In this document: positions 28,567-39,255 of the stretch, piece after piece | How the letters are laid out: the number at the start of each line of letters is the position of its first letter | Position numbering within the stretch: position 1 is the stretch's first letter | Assembly (NCBI GenBank): GCA_963826535.1 | Contig: CAWGXL010000011.1 | Span: forward strand, 642,080-706,079 | DNA: 64,000 bases | DNA from: an uncultured bacterium | GTDB taxonomy: Bacteria; Patescibacteriota; Microgenomatia; Levybacterales; UBA12049 | Direction of reading: 5' to 3' | Notes under the pieces: generated by a model | The model's input: only the letters and a program-made list of their open reading frames with translations | Databases searched by the model: none | Told to the model about the DNA's origin: nothing | Position numbers and translations under genes: made by a program

Positions 28567-29265
28567 TTGATTTATACTGTTCAGGTGGAAAGAGACCGTC
28601 CGTTCAAGGAACAATATAGGGATGAGTATAATCGAATTTTGCTTAGAGGAATGAGAGAAAGAGTAAGGGAGGGGAATTTTAAGCCATGGCCTGATCTAGT
28701 AAATGTTAAAGTATATCAGCATGCGTTGGAGCAACATTATGGCAGTTTGGGTGTGCTTGCAGGGAAAAAGTTTTTGGATGTTGGGGCCGGTTTCGGGAGT
28801 AAGCTGCATGAATTTTTAAAGCGGCAAAGAGTAAAAATAACTAATATAGATATTGCGCCGGAATCAATTGAATTTTTAAATAAACATCTACGCGAACCCG
28901 GTTTTGTCGCTGATATTTTTAAGATGGAGCAAGCTGTAGAAGAAAAAGCCTATGATGGTGTGATAGCGGTTAATTTATTCAACTACATTGCGGCTCAAGA
29001 TCGCGAAGATTTGCGTGATTGTTTTAAGCAAGTCCACCGTGCACTAAATGATAGAGGAAGTTTTTTTCAATCGCAATCAGGTTTTATAGCAAAGCAGATA
29101 TCCAGAGATGAGCAGAGGGTAGCTGCTGAGGAAGCAGGATTTGGTGATATACAACTTTTAAAGCTGATGAAAGTTAAGGGGAAGCCAGAGCCTACATATA
29201 TTGAGCCGCTAGCTTTTATTGCCCGAAAAGTAGAGATAAATGAAATAATATTACCTCAAAGTTGA
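28567..29265 (+). CDS. Class I SAM-dependent methyltransferase
   Basis: LDVGAGFGSK motif I and a downstream acidic motif II (YDGVIAVNLFNY). Confidence 0.6.
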   Translation: MIYTVQVERDRPFKEQYRDEYNRILLRGMRERVREGNFKPWPDLVNVKVYQHALEQHYGSLGVLAGKKFLDVGAGFGSKLHEFLKRQRVKITNIDIAPESIEFLNKHLREPGFVADIFKMEQAVEEKAYDGVIAVNLFNYIAAQDREDLRDCFKQVHRALNDRGSFFQSQSGFIAKQISRDEQRVAAEEAGFGDIQLLKLMKVKGKPEPTYIEPLAFIARKVEINEIILPQS

Positions 29266-29844
29266 TGATGTAGAGGCCACCGGTGTTGATTGATTTATAA
29301 TAATTTTTATTCCATAAGCTATTTTCAGTGGAATATTTACTCCTTCGGATATTATGGCGGTTTTGGGTAAAAAATAGAGTGAAGTTTCTTTTTGCAGAGC
29401 GGTGTTACTTACGGTAAATTTTAGAGTAGCGGCTGTGCCTGTGAAATTTAATGGTTTTTCCTGAGGTATCAGGCTGAAAGCGTAGGAAATCCGGCCTGTT
29501 TTTTCATCGTTGTTGTTTAGCAATATATTTGGGTTGGGGAAATTAGGGCCCGGGCTAAGGGAGACATTAGTAAGTATTGCTGGATCATAGGCTAATTCTA
29601 GTTGAAGAATTGTGGGGTACAAACCTTGGGAATTTATTTGTATGCCTGCTTCCTTAGCTTGTCCTCTATTTGAATATATTATTTCAGGAGAAAACGCGAG
29701 TGTACTTTGCGCAGATAGGGTGGGGGAAGGAGTGAAAGTGGGGGTTGGTAATATTTTATTTATTGGTATTATGGAATTTGATTTTATATAGATTGTGAGT
29801 ATAGCTAGTAGGAGTAGAAGGAGGATGATTAATAATTTTGACAT
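29251..29844 (-). CDS. Surface-array paralog: membrane-anchored cohesin-like protein
   Basis: Starts at internal Met MSKLLIILLLLL (the extended ORF runs into a conserved upstream element). PT linker and beta-sandwich region. Confidence 0.4.
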   Translation of the reverse strand: MSKLLIILLLLLLAILTIYIKSNSIIPINKILPTPTFTPSPTLSAQSTLAFSPEIIYSNRGQAKEAGIQINSQGLYPTILQLELAYDPAILTNVSLSPGPNFPNPNILLNNNDEKTGRISYAFSLIPQEKPLNFTGTAATLKFTVSNTALQKETSLYFLPKTAIISEGVNIPLKIAYGIKIIINQSTPVASTSSTLR

Positions 29845-29880
29845 TTGGTTCTGATTGTCCGTTCCCGCCAAAGGCGGACA

Positions 29881-29960
29881 GGCGTGCATTAAATTTTTTT
29901 TGCTGCGAAACTTGCTCTCCCGCTGAGCGGGATTGCTTCGGACAGTCTTGTTGCAAAAAA
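29881..29960. promoter_or_regulatory. Conserved upstream element (hairpin TTTTTTGCTGC...GCTGCAAAAAA) shared with 31250..31330
   Basis: About 80% identity between the two copies, each just upstream of a surface-protein gene. The element embeds a CCCGCTGAGCGGGA hairpin. Confidence 0.5.
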
Positions 29961-30077
29961 TTTTATGCACTCACTCATCTAACAGGTTTGGACTGAGATC
30001 CACCCCAAGGGTACTATCCACTTCGTGGTGTCGCCTCGACTCCCGTTGGTCGCTCGGGATGACCCCGCTATTCGGGG

Positions 30078-31226
30078 TCAATTTCCGCTTTGGGTAGTTA
30101 ATTCGCGTAAGAATAAATTATAGTCTACTTGATTCACTGGACCATCATCGTTTAAATCAGTGAGTAATTTATTTGCGGCAGTACATGCTTTTGGCGGTAG
30201 TAGGTCACTATAACAATCAATGAGGATGCTGTAATCGATTATATTGAGCGTATTGTCGTCGTTTATGTCACCTGCTATTAGGGTAACCGCAGCCAATGTA
30301 TTATTTTGTTGAGGATTAATAGTTTGTATACCGGGAGCGAGGCGGCGCAGGTGAGTTGGGACTTGAATTTTGATGGTGTATTGTCCTTGAATGATTGAAG
30401 CGCCTAAATCGACTTTTCCTGAAAAGTTGCCTTTAACTGAATCATAGTCCAGATTTCCGGAATTACTTGAGACGAACTCGTTTTGGTTATTGTAAATATA
30501 GACTGTTGCCAGTCTTTGTAAATGCTGAGGAGATTTATTGCTAAGGCGGCTGTCGTTGGGATTGGTATTATCACCACTCGCGCCAATACCATGCAAGTAG
30601 GTAGATACATTAAGATAGGTGGTGAGCGAAGGCGCGGAAGGTGTTGGCGTGATAAAGCCCGGAATTTCAACATAAGTAGGTGTTGTTGAAGAAAGAGTAT
30701 TTTCATTTGCGTGGTCAGCTGAGCCAACAGATAATACTAGAGTATTGGCGCCAAAGGAAATAGAGGTGGGGGCGATTCCAGTCGGGCTGAGTGCTCTCAA
30801 TGTTAGTGTACCGACTTTGGTAGTTGTGCGGATCGCTTTTGTTGTATCGGAACCGATGGATAAGGAAATTTTTAAATTGTCGTTATTTAGAACGGGTCCT
30901 TCAAGTACTGTGGGAAAAGCTGCCAAATTGGCTAAAAAGCCGGTCGGTGAGACTTGTAATTTCAATGGGTCAAAGTTGATGTCTAGTTTAACAATAGAGG
31001 TAAGATTTGTTCCCGGGTTCAGCATGATGTCATAGGTGATAATATCTCCAACTTTGGCTTGAAGAGGGCTTGAACTAGAGGCGGTGGGAGTAAAATAAAG
31101 TGTTGTAGATGCAGTAGCCCGGCTTCTAATTTCCTGCCTGTTTTGTATAAGTGATACCAATACCGGTATTCCCACCAGGGCTACAATGAAAATTCCTGCG
31201 ATGATGTATTTTGTTTTATTGTTCAA
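30078..31226 (-). CDS. Surface-array paralog: cohesin-like domain plus C-terminal dockerin-like repeats
   Basis: Signal anchor IAGIFIVALVGIPVLVSLIQNRQEIRSRA. C-terminal DINDDNTLNIIDYSILID...DLNDDGPVNQVDYNLFL dockerin-type repeats. Confidence 0.55.
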   Translation of the reverse strand: MNNKTKYIIAGIFIVALVGIPVLVSLIQNRQEIRSRATASTTLYFTPTASSSSPLQAKVGDIITYDIMLNPGTNLTSIVKLDINFDPLKLQVSPTGFLANLAAFPTVLEGPVLNNDNLKISLSIGSDTTKAIRTTTKVGTLTLRALSPTGIAPTSISFGANTLVLSVGSADHANENTLSSTTPTYVEIPGFITPTPSAPSLTTYLNVSTYLHGIGASGDNTNPNDSRLSNKSPQHLQRLATVYIYNNQNEFVSSNSGNLDYDSVKGNFSGKVDLGASIIQGQYTIKIQVPTHLRRLAPGIQTINPQQNNTLAAVTLIAGDINDDNTLNIIDYSILIDCYSDLLPPKACTAANKLLTDLNDDGPVNQVDYNLFLRELTTQSGN

Positions 31227-31359
31227 AATATTGTTTTCTTTCCCGTTCGTACATGAAAATTTTTTTTGCTGCGAAACTCGCTTCGCTCAAACAGTCTTGC
31301 TGCAAAAAATTTTATGTACTCACTTATTCACTCAATAAATTTACAAATTTTAACTGCAA

Positions 31360-33522
31360 TTATTGTCCGGGTTGCGTTGCGATTTCTCTTAGGAATAAAT
31401 TATAGTCGAATTGATTAACTGAGCCATCATCATTTAGGTCTGATGCATTTTTCTTTTGTAAGTCTGTGCAGGCGGTTGCCGGAAGAAGGTCACTGTAACA
31501 ATCAATCAGAGAATTATAATCGCGTATATCAAGTTGGTTATCGTGTAAGACATCACCTGCGATAAATACGGCATTGGGTAGTTGATTATCTTTTCCGGCT
31601 GTTAAATTTTGAATGCCTGCAAGGAGGCGCGAGAGATGGTTTTCTGTTACTGTCTTTATAGTGTAAGCACCTGACGTAAAGGGTTGAGTAATGACAGCTT
31701 TTCCAACAAACATTCCACTTTGCGAGCTATAATTCATGGTCGTTGCTGAACTGGCAACTAGTTGATTTGAGGCATTAAAGATATTTACGATTAGATTACG
31801 AGTCTCGTGAAGTGGTTTTTTGTTGCTGAAATTTCCGTCAGGATTGGAATTGTCACCTCTAGCTCCGATACCATCAATTAAGCCATTTAATAAGAGGGTG
31901 GTACTGACCGGAGTTGGGGTAGGCGCAGGAACTTGGTAATTCCCGAATATTTTATCCACTACGGCACTGCCGCCGGTTATAGTGATCGGATATTCGATCG
32001 GATTGGTTGGTTTAGTTTGTGTCCATCCGGGTTTGAGAGTTTCTTTTAGGATATATGAGCCATCACAGAGACTTGAGATATTGTAGGTACCTGTTCCATC
32101 GCTGGTGAATGGTTGATTCGCGCCGCTTGAGCTTTGAAGGTTTAGAGTCCAGCCAGAGAGTTTGCTTTCGTTTTGGTCGAAGGCACCATTATTATTCGCG
32201 TCATTGAAGACATATCCGGAAACCGATCCTTTGGCGAAGACTTGAGATATTTGTGTATAGATTTCAATAAGTTGTAATTCGGCGGGAGAGGAGTAGTACT
32301 TGCCACCGGAGAGAGCGGCTATTTGAGTGAGAAAATTAGAAGAGACATCCGATCCCAGACCGATTGTGTAAAAAACAGTTTTGCTGCTATTAAATCCGGT
32401 TTTTACGGCTTCAATTGCAGCGGATTCCGCAGATGATGTTGAGGCGGTTTTACCGTCTATTTTATTTGCTTTTCCATCAGTTAATAGTATTGCTACTTTT
32501 TTGTATCCTGCCCTGCCACTTGCTGATATCTCCGCATTCGCTTTATTTACACCACATTGAATACAAGTCCCGTTGCCGATAGTTAAACCGTCGATCTTAT
32601 TCTTCACAAGATTGAAGTCATTTGTAAATGAACTTACGAGAACAGCATTGGTTTCAAATGAGACAAGAGCAATTCTATTATTGGGATCGGACGCTACCTT
32701 ATCTATAAATAATTTTGCTGCTTCTTTTGCTTTAGTAAATTTCGTACCTTGCATGCTACCTGAGCGGTCAATAATAAGGACTGTATCGGTTGAGGCGTTT
32801 TTACATTGTGTTGGTTGCGGAATGGTGGTAGGGGTTGGTGCAGATGTCGGGGTTGGTGCAGGGCACCACCCGCCGGCCGGTTCAGGGATGAGACACTGTG
32901 GCGTTGCATCCAGACAAGAGGGTTTTGGCGAACATGTAGGCAAAACAGGTTGGCCGATTGAGATTATCGCCGGTTGCGTACTGGATAAAACATTTTCATT
33001 CGGATCGTTGGTACCGATCGCTAAGATTTGTGTGTTTGGACCAAGTGTTACCGACGTAGGAGCTTCGTTGACAGTTGTAGAGCTTAGCGCTTTAAGTTTG
33101 AGAGTTCCTACGCGGGTTACCTGTTGAATAACTTTGGTTAAATCCGGGCCTATAGACAAGTTTACTGTCATTTTTCCGGGTGACACCATGGATACTTCGA
33201 CTACTTGAGCGAAGGCTGTGAGATTTGTCTCAAATGAGCTTGCTGCTGTAATCTCAAATTTTGCAGGGTCATAAATTAAATCAAGTTTTACCTGCGACAC
33301 GGGATTAGTTCCGGGATTTAGAATAATTTCGAGCGGTAAGATATTACCAACCTGAGTCTGTAAAGGTGTGATATCGGAAGATGTTGGAGAAAATAAAAGA
33401 GTGGCTGATTTTTCTGCTCTTCCACGTATTTCTTGTTGCTGGTTGGATAAAAATACGATAGAGGGAATTCCAATTACTGCGATAATTAGTAAGCCGATAA
33501 TTACTTGCTGTTTATTGCGCAT
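31360..33522 (-). CDS. Surface-array paralog: cohesin-like + vWA + SdrD-B-like + dockerin-like
   Basis: vWA MIDAS (IIDRSGSM...LTDGKAN), GYVFNDANNNGAFDQNE Cna-B/SdrD-like, dockerin-like C-terminus. Confidence 0.6.
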   Translation of the reverse strand: MRNKQQVIIGLLIIAVIGIPSIVFLSNQQQEIRGRAEKSATLLFSPTSSDITPLQTQVGNILPLEIILNPGTNPVSQVKLDLIYDPAKFEITAASSFETNLTAFAQVVEVSMVSPGKMTVNLSIGPDLTKVIQQVTRVGTLKLKALSSTTVNEAPTSVTLGPNTQILAIGTNDPNENVLSSTQPAIISIGQPVLPTCSPKPSCLDATPQCLIPEPAGGWCPAPTPTSAPTPTTIPQPTQCKNASTDTVLIIDRSGSMQGTKFTKAKEAAKLFIDKVASDPNNRIALVSFETNAVLVSSFTNDFNLVKNKIDGLTIGNGTCIQCGVNKANAEISASGRAGYKKVAILLTDGKANKIDGKTASTSSAESAAIEAVKTGFNSSKTVFYTIGLGSDVSSNFLTQIAALSGGKYYSSPAELQLIEIYTQISQVFAKGSVSGYVFNDANNNGAFDQNESKLSGWTLNLQSSSGANQPFTSDGTGTYNISSLCDGSYILKETLKPGWTQTKPTNPIEYPITITGGSAVVDKIFGNYQVPAPTPTPVSTTLLLNGLIDGIGARGDNSNPDGNFSNKKPLHETRNLIVNIFNASNQLVASSATTMNYSSQSGMFVGKAVITQPFTSGAYTIKTVTENHLSRLLAGIQNLTAGKDNQLPNAVFIAGDVLHDNQLDIRDYNSLIDCYSDLLPATACTDLQKKNASDLNDDGSVNQFDYNLFLREIATQPGQ

Positions 33523-33636
33523 AGGGCAGATCCACCAGCTGGTTCCGATTAGAACTAAGTTGGCAGATTATTTTCTCTTATTTTAGAATAGACAATACGG
33601 ATGGAGCTGTCAAGTGATCGAGTTGATGTTAAACTT

Positions 33637-35259
33637 TTAAGATTTTAAGCCAAGAAGCAGTTGAAGTAATATAAGAATCTTATTTAATAATTCTAGGATA
33701 ATTTGTATAAAACCTCTATTATCGTTTCTGGTTTTCCTTTCGCTGTCTGGATTTTGTGTATCAATTGTAGTTGGCGATTTGTCTATTCCACCCCTGTCCG
33801 GTGAAGTTGGTGAGGCCGGAGGCGCGAGACAGGAGCCAAGACAATATATGGTTGGGGTAACAATGTAGGGAGAAGCTGGGGGAATGATGGAGACAGATAG
33901 AGGTGGTGTAATACCGGATGGAGGTGCGGTGCTGCCGAATTCGAAGGCACCGATGTCCCAGGCGCTACCCTGCGGTCGGGTGGCATTTGCGTAGTCGTTG
34001 TTGAATCCTGTCAGATTTGCCCCGCGGTTAATAGCCGGACTGCCGGAGAGGAGGTTGAAATCGCCTGCCGCCGCATTCACAAACTCCGGATTGCCGCCGT
34101 TCACGCCAGTGGAGTCGTTAAAGCCGCTAAGAGTGCCCCAGGTGTTGATGCGTGAGATGAAATTGTTGCTGACTTGTACGTTGGGGAACGAGCTGCCGCC
34201 CGAGATGACTTGTCCGTAACTACTTATGCCGCTTGAGGAAATGAAGATGTTGTTCTTGATCTGCGTGCCAGTGTAGTTGCCTTTCCCGGGAGAGTTGTAC
34301 ATGTACATGACAAGGTTGTTGAGCGACCCGACGTTGTAGAACGTGTTGTTGTAGAAGCGGAGATTAGGGATGCCGATATTCATCTGCATGTCCGCGTTGA
34401 CGTAGATATTGTTGCGTATATCCCAATCATGGAAGTCGGGGTCGTTGTTGTTTTCGGTCATCATCATCTGGCCGTTAAAGTTTGTGATGAGGTTTTTTTC
34501 AAAGATAATGTTGTAGGCTTCGCCGCCGTTCACGCCGAAGGTTTGGATAACGTCCATATGAGACGACGATCCGGAAGAGAGCACGATGTCGTGGATATGG
34601 TTCCCACGGATGATGTGCCCGCTGCCCCATGGACGGAATGCGTCAATGTCTTTGGCAGGGCCTATGTCGTTGTTCTCCAAAATGTGATTGGTCCCGGCAA
34701 CGATGAAGACCGTCTTGTCGTCCCCCGGGCCGGTGGCAGCAGAGTAGCTATTGCCTTTTATCAGGTGTCCGCTCCCGGAGATGTCAACAACGCCCCAGTT
34801 GGGTCCCGTGTCGTGGATCTTGTTGTTGAGAAGCTGGTTCGCACTACCCTTCACGGTATTCATGTTGCCCGCCGTGATCTCGAAACCGTCAACAGTAATG
34901 TAGCTGTGTCCTATGTTGAAAGTTCGTATGACAACCGTGCCTGAGGCGCGAAAAGTAATTCTTGCCGAAGCTGTGCCGTTTCGTGCTGAAGAGACGTGCT
35001 CGGCGTAATTTCCCGCGTTAACGATCGCGGTATCGCCTGGCATAATTGTACTGGCGGCTTTCTGGATTGTTTTCCATGGGGAAGCTTCGGTGCCGGGGTT
35101 GGAGTCGTTTCCTGTAGGGGAGACGTAGTAAGTGGTGGATGGGGATGTTTGTGCACTTGCCCGTAGTTTTTGTTGCTGGTTAGATAAAGATAAGATCGCG
35201 GGTATTCCGATTACCGCGATAACTATCAAACTAATTATGGTTAGCAATTTTTTGTGCAT
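33637..35259 (-). CDS. Surface-array paralog: right-handed parallel beta-helix (pectate-lyase-fold) protein
   Basis: Repeated NNxI/HD...GN beta-helix rungs, a ...GSAWDIGAFEF cap and a PT linker. Confidence 0.6.
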   Translation of the reverse strand: MHKKLLTIISLIVIAVIGIPAILSLSNQQQKLRASAQTSPSTTYYVSPTGNDSNPGTEASPWKTIQKAASTIMPGDTAIVNAGNYAEHVSSARNGTASARITFRASGTVVIRTFNIGHSYITVDGFEITAGNMNTVKGSANQLLNNKIHDTGPNWGVVDISGSGHLIKGNSYSAATGPGDDKTVFIVAGTNHILENNDIGPAKDIDAFRPWGSGHIIRGNHIHDIVLSSGSSSHMDVIQTFGVNGGEAYNIIFEKNLITNFNGQMMMTENNNDPDFHDWDIRNNIYVNADMQMNIGIPNLRFYNNTFYNVGSLNNLVMYMYNSPGKGNYTGTQIKNNIFISSSGISSYGQVISGGSSFPNVQVSNNFISRINTWGTLSGFNDSTGVNGGNPEFVNAAAGDFNLLSGSPAINRGANLTGFNNDYANATRPQGSAWDIGAFEFGSTAPPSGITPPLSVSIIPPASPYIVTPTIYCLGSCLAPPASPTSPDRGGIDKSPTTIDTQNPDSERKTRNDNRGFIQIILELLNKILILLQLLLGLKS

Positions 35260-35369
35260 AGGGCAGGGTTTGAAATAATTGACTTAGTATAGTATAGAAA
35301 ATTAGTGTGTATCATTTCAAGTTTAGTCTTTTTGTGCTAGCGGGTCAATATTATTAAGTGTGAACATGG

Positions 35370-37337
35370 TTAATTACTGTAGAGCTGGGATGGGGGGATG
35401 ATTCCTTTGGGTTGAGAGGGGCTGCTCCAGCGTAATTGTATTACAGCATTTCCCTGTTTTTCATAGTACTCGAGTGCGATGGTATATTTTTTCCCGGCAG
35501 TGAGGTTTATTTTTCCACTATTTTCAGTTGAGGCATGGTCAGTCCAATTATTTACAATTCTAATTCCATTTACCCATAGTCTTACGCCGTCATCGCTTTG
35601 GGTATAGAAGGTATATTGTTGAGAGTATTTGGGGATTACATATCCTGTCCAGCGCACAGAGAAATTATTAGCAGGCAGTGATAGGGCAGGTGCACTAGTT
35701 GTCCAGATAAAGTTGATTGCAGGATCAATCCTGGTGAGTGTTGGTGATCCACTGAATGTGCGATTGGGGAAATATGAACCGCTTAGTCCATTTCCCGAGG
35801 GCACAGGAGTTGACGTTGGTATTGAGGTTGGTGTAGCCGTAGGTAGCGGAACAAATGTAGGCGTAGGAGTTGGCGTTGGAATCTGTGTTATTGTTTCCGT
35901 AGGCAACGGTATAGAGGTAGGGGTTGATGTTGGGGTTGACAGGGGGGTGATGGAGGCAGATGGAGATGAAGACGGAGATGGTGTAATAGCGCCGAATTCA
36001 AAGACACCGATATCCCAGGCACTTCCCTGCGGACGCGTGGCATAGGCGTAGTCGTAGTTGAATCCGGGCAGGGTCGCCCCGCGGTCGATTGCGGGACTGC
36101 CTGGGAGAAGGTGGAAGTCGTTTGCTGTCGCATTCACAAACTCCGGATTACCGCCATTTATGCCATTTGAATCGCTAAAGCCGCTCAGGGTTCCCCAGGT
36201 GTTGATGCGGGTGATAAAGTTATTGCTGATCTGGACATTGGAGCCGGAATTTCCAACAGAGAGGACCTGTCCGTAGCTACCTATTCCGCTGGGGGTCACA
36301 AAGATATTGTTTTTGATTTGCGCGCCGCTGTAATTGCTTTTCCCGGAGGCATCATAGAGATACATGATGAGGTTGTTACCCGCACCGGAGTTGTAGACAG
36401 TATTGTTGTAGAAACGTATGTTTGGGATCCCTAGGTTGGCTTGCCCGGAGACTCCAATAAAAATATTATTGCGGAAGTCCCAATCGCGCATGTTGGCAGA
36501 GCCATTTGCTTCAGTCATGAACATTTGCAGTCCGTTGCCATTCGTATTATCGATACGATTATTTTCAAAGACGATATTGTTGGAGGTGGCTCCGCCCAGT
36601 CCGAAGGTCTGGATCACATCCTGATGAGAGGAGGACCCGGAGGAGAGGGAAAGGTCGTGGATGTAGTTTGCCCGGATGATGTTGTTCGTACCCCAGACGC
36701 GGAAAGCGTCAACGTCTTTGCCTGGTCCGACTTCGTTGTTTTCCGCCAGGGAGTTGTTTCCGCCGATTATGAAGATTGCCAGATCATCACCCGGACCGGT
36801 GGAGGAATAATAGTGGTTACCGCGGATTGTCAAGTTGTCTCCATCACCTCTGACGATTCCCGAAGACGCGCCGGTATCATGGATCTTATTGTTTAAGAGT
36901 TCTCCGAAACTTCCGTTCCACGTCATCATGTAACCTTCGTTCGCGCCTGTCATTTCGAAGCCGTCAATAGTGATGTAGTTGTGGTTTATATTGAGGAAGG
37001 TTTGAAGCTTCGCTCCCGGATTCGCCTTGAACGTGATCCGGCTGCCGGACGTACCGCTCCTGACGGTGTTCACTTTTTCATTGTAGGTGCCGGAGTTCAC
37101 GAGCACGGTGTCTCCGCCGACCATAGTACTGGCGGCTTTTTGGATTGTTTTCCATGGAGAGGCTTCGGTGCCGGGGTTGGAGTCATTTCCTGCGGGGGAG
37201 ACGTAGTAGGTGGTGGATGGGGGTGTTTGTGCGCTTGCCCGAAGTTTTTGTTGCTGGTTAGATAAAGATAAGATCGCGGGTATTCCGATAACTGCGATAA
37301 CAATTAAGCCAATAATAACTTGTTGTTTATTGTGCAT
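35370..37337 (-). CDS. Surface-array paralog: parallel beta-helix + PT linker + C-terminal PA14 domain
   Basis: Same N-terminus as 33637..35259. C-terminal GSYF...FSVRWTGYV...YTFYTQSDDGVRLWVNG...YTIALEYYE matches the PA14 consensus. Confidence 0.65.
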   Translation of the reverse strand: MHNKQQVIIGLIVIAVIGIPAILSLSNQQQKLRASAQTPPSTTYYVSPAGNDSNPGTEASPWKTIQKAASTMVGGDTVLVNSGTYNEKVNTVRSGTSGSRITFKANPGAKLQTFLNINHNYITIDGFEMTGANEGYMMTWNGSFGELLNNKIHDTGASSGIVRGDGDNLTIRGNHYYSSTGPGDDLAIFIIGGNNSLAENNEVGPGKDVDAFRVWGTNNIIRANYIHDLSLSSGSSSHQDVIQTFGLGGATSNNIVFENNRIDNTNGNGLQMFMTEANGSANMRDWDFRNNIFIGVSGQANLGIPNIRFYNNTVYNSGAGNNLIMYLYDASGKSNYSGAQIKNNIFVTPSGIGSYGQVLSVGNSGSNVQISNNFITRINTWGTLSGFSDSNGINGGNPEFVNATANDFHLLPGSPAIDRGATLPGFNYDYAYATRPQGSAWDIGVFEFGAITPSPSSSPSASITPLSTPTSTPTSIPLPTETITQIPTPTPTPTFVPLPTATPTSIPTSTPVPSGNGLSGSYFPNRTFSGSPTLTRIDPAINFIWTTSAPALSLPANNFSVRWTGYVIPKYSQQYTFYTQSDDGVRLWVNGIRIVNNWTDHASTENSGKINLTAGKKYTIALEYYEKQGNAVIQLRWSSPSQPKGIIPPSQLYSN

Positions 37338-37457
37338 AGGACAGGGTTATAAGAACTTTATTTAACTTAGCTTAAACTATATTGAGGGTAGGTGTCAAGA
37401 GTTCTGCAAAGTTCTGCTTAGCGGGACAAAGCAGAATTGGAACTGAAAATTGTGAGG

Positions 37458-39209
37458 TTATTCTCCCGGTTGGGTGGCGATTTCTCGGAGGAAGAGATTG
37501 TAATCTATTTGATTTACAAATGAATCATCGTTGAAGTCTGTTTTGGCTTTTAGCCCGGAATCACAAGCTACTGCGGCTGCCAGGTCACTGTAACAGCCTA
37601 AGAGCGAATTATAGTCTAGGATGCTGAGCGCGTTATCGTTGTTGGAATCACCTGCAACCAACGTCACGCTAGGTACGGTATTGGTTTGTCCGGCGGTAAT
37701 AGTCAATATACCGGAGACGAGTTTTTTGAGATGGATATTTGTTTTGACTTTCAGATAATATTTACCTGTTTGGAATGTGTTGGGATAGATCCCGATAGGT
37801 CCTTGAAAGTTTCCTTTTGTGCTATCGTAAGTGAGAGTTCCACGTCCCTGACCAATTAGTTGATTGTCTGAGCTGAAGAGTTCTAAATCGGCAATTATTG
37901 ATTTGTGCAATGGATTTTTGTTGCTTAGATCTGACTGCGCCGGATTTGTATTATCGCCACTATTCCAAATGCCGTGATGATAGACTGTCAACGCGAGAAA
38001 AGTGGTGGCAGGGGTTGGATTGGGAGTCGGTGTATTTGAAGGCTGGGGTGTTGGAGTGCTTGTCGGATTTGGTGTTGGAGTAAGTGTGGGTATTGGCGTA
38101 GAGGTTGGTTTGGGTGTCGGGGTTAATGTCGGAGTTGGTGTTGGGGGAGATACTTTGTTTCCAAAGTTTTTATCGGTAAATGAATTTCCATTTACGATAG
38201 AGATAGTATAGCCATTCGGATCAGCCGGGAGAGTTTGCTGCCAGCCTGGCTGTGGAATTTCTTTGAGAGTGTAATTGCCGTCGCAAATATCAACGAAGCT
38301 GAATGTTCCGGTACTATCGCTAACCAAAGTTTTAGTCGTTGTTGATGAGGTGAGCTGCAATGTCCATCCAGTTAGTTTGGTTTCTGTGGAATCGAAAACC
38401 CCATTTCCATTGGCATCGTTGAATTTAAATCCTCCGATTATGCCTTGGGCGATGATTTGTGATATTTCCTGATAAACGCTGTCTAATTCATTTGGGGCAG
38501 GGAAGTAGAATTTTGCACCAGTTAAAGTAGCAATTTGCTGCAGGAAAGTTCTATTGACATCGCTGCCAAATCCAATTGTGAAGAAAGCTGTTTTGTTGGC
38601 ATTATACCCGTTTTTAGCTGCGTCAACTGCTTTTTGTTCAGCGAGAGAGGTAGATTGTTGGCCTGTAGAGCCATCTATATAATTTGCTTTACCATCTGTT
38701 AACAAAATAACCGCTTTTTTGATCCCTTGTCTTCCATTCGTGGAAATGTCCTGATTCGCTTTTTTAATTGCACATTCTATACAAGTATCTCCATTGGCAA
38801 TAAGTAAGTCAATTTTGGTTTTTACCAGTAAATAATTATTTGTTAGACTACTGTCAACGGTCGCGGAAGAAGCGAACGAAACTAAACCTAATCTATTCCT
38901 ATTATCCTGAGCCATTACATCAACGAATTTTTTCGCGGCATTTTTCGCTTCAGTTAGTTTAGAGCCTTTCATGCTTCCAGACCTGTCAAAGATAAGTACA
39001 ATATCGGTTGGAACGTTTCCGCAAGCTGTGGCTGTAGTTTGATTTTGAGGTGGTATTGCTGTAGGGGCTGGAGCTGTAATCTGGGCTCTTCCTCTTATTT
39101 CCTGTTGTTTTTGGAGGTTTACTATAAGTAATGGTGTTATTATCACAACATAAATCGCTATAACTCCAATTAATAAATAAACTTTTTTCTTATTTATGTA
39201 TTTATGCAT
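37458..39209 (-). CDS. Surface-array paralog: vWA + SdrD-B-like + PT linker + dockerin-like
   Basis: IFDRSGSM...LTDGKAN vWA, PTPTPT linker, dockerin-like C-terminus. Confidence 0.6.
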   Translation of the reverse strand: MHKYINKKKVYLLIGVIAIYVVIITPLLIVNLQKQQEIRGRAQITAPAPTAIPPQNQTTATACGNVPTDIVLIFDRSGSMKGSKLTEAKNAAKKFVDVMAQDNRNRLGLVSFASSATVDSSLTNNYLLVKTKIDLLIANGDTCIECAIKKANQDISTNGRQGIKKAVILLTDGKANYIDGSTGQQSTSLAEQKAVDAAKNGYNANKTAFFTIGFGSDVNRTFLQQIATLTGAKFYFPAPNELDSVYQEISQIIAQGIIGGFKFNDANGNGVFDSTETKLTGWTLQLTSSTTTKTLVSDSTGTFSFVDICDGNYTLKEIPQPGWQQTLPADPNGYTISIVNGNSFTDKNFGNKVSPPTPTPTLTPTPKPTSTPIPTLTPTPNPTSTPTPQPSNTPTPNPTPATTFLALTVYHHGIWNSGDNTNPAQSDLSNKNPLHKSIIADLELFSSDNQLIGQGRGTLTYDSTKGNFQGPIGIYPNTFQTGKYYLKVKTNIHLKKLVSGILTITAGQTNTVPSVTLVAGDSNNDNALSILDYNSLLGCYSDLAAAVACDSGLKAKTDFNDDSFVNQIDYNLFLREIATQPGE

Positions 39210-39255
39210 TTTATTTATATAGATTCCCGCCTTCGCGGGAATGACAGGGAAAAGT

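Noticed and set aside
29844-29970. N-terminal 42 codons of ORF 29251..29970
   Set aside because: These codons run through the conserved upstream hairpin element. The internal Met preceding a classic signal peptide is the more plausible start.
33783-37303. Numerous antisense and alternate-frame ORFs inside the beta-helix genes (e.g. 34429..34944, 35629..36045, 36441..36896, 36981..37265)
   Set aside because: They are Gly/Val/Pro-rich translations of the opposite strand of GC-rich repetitive coding sequence. The sense-strand genes have coherent domain structure.
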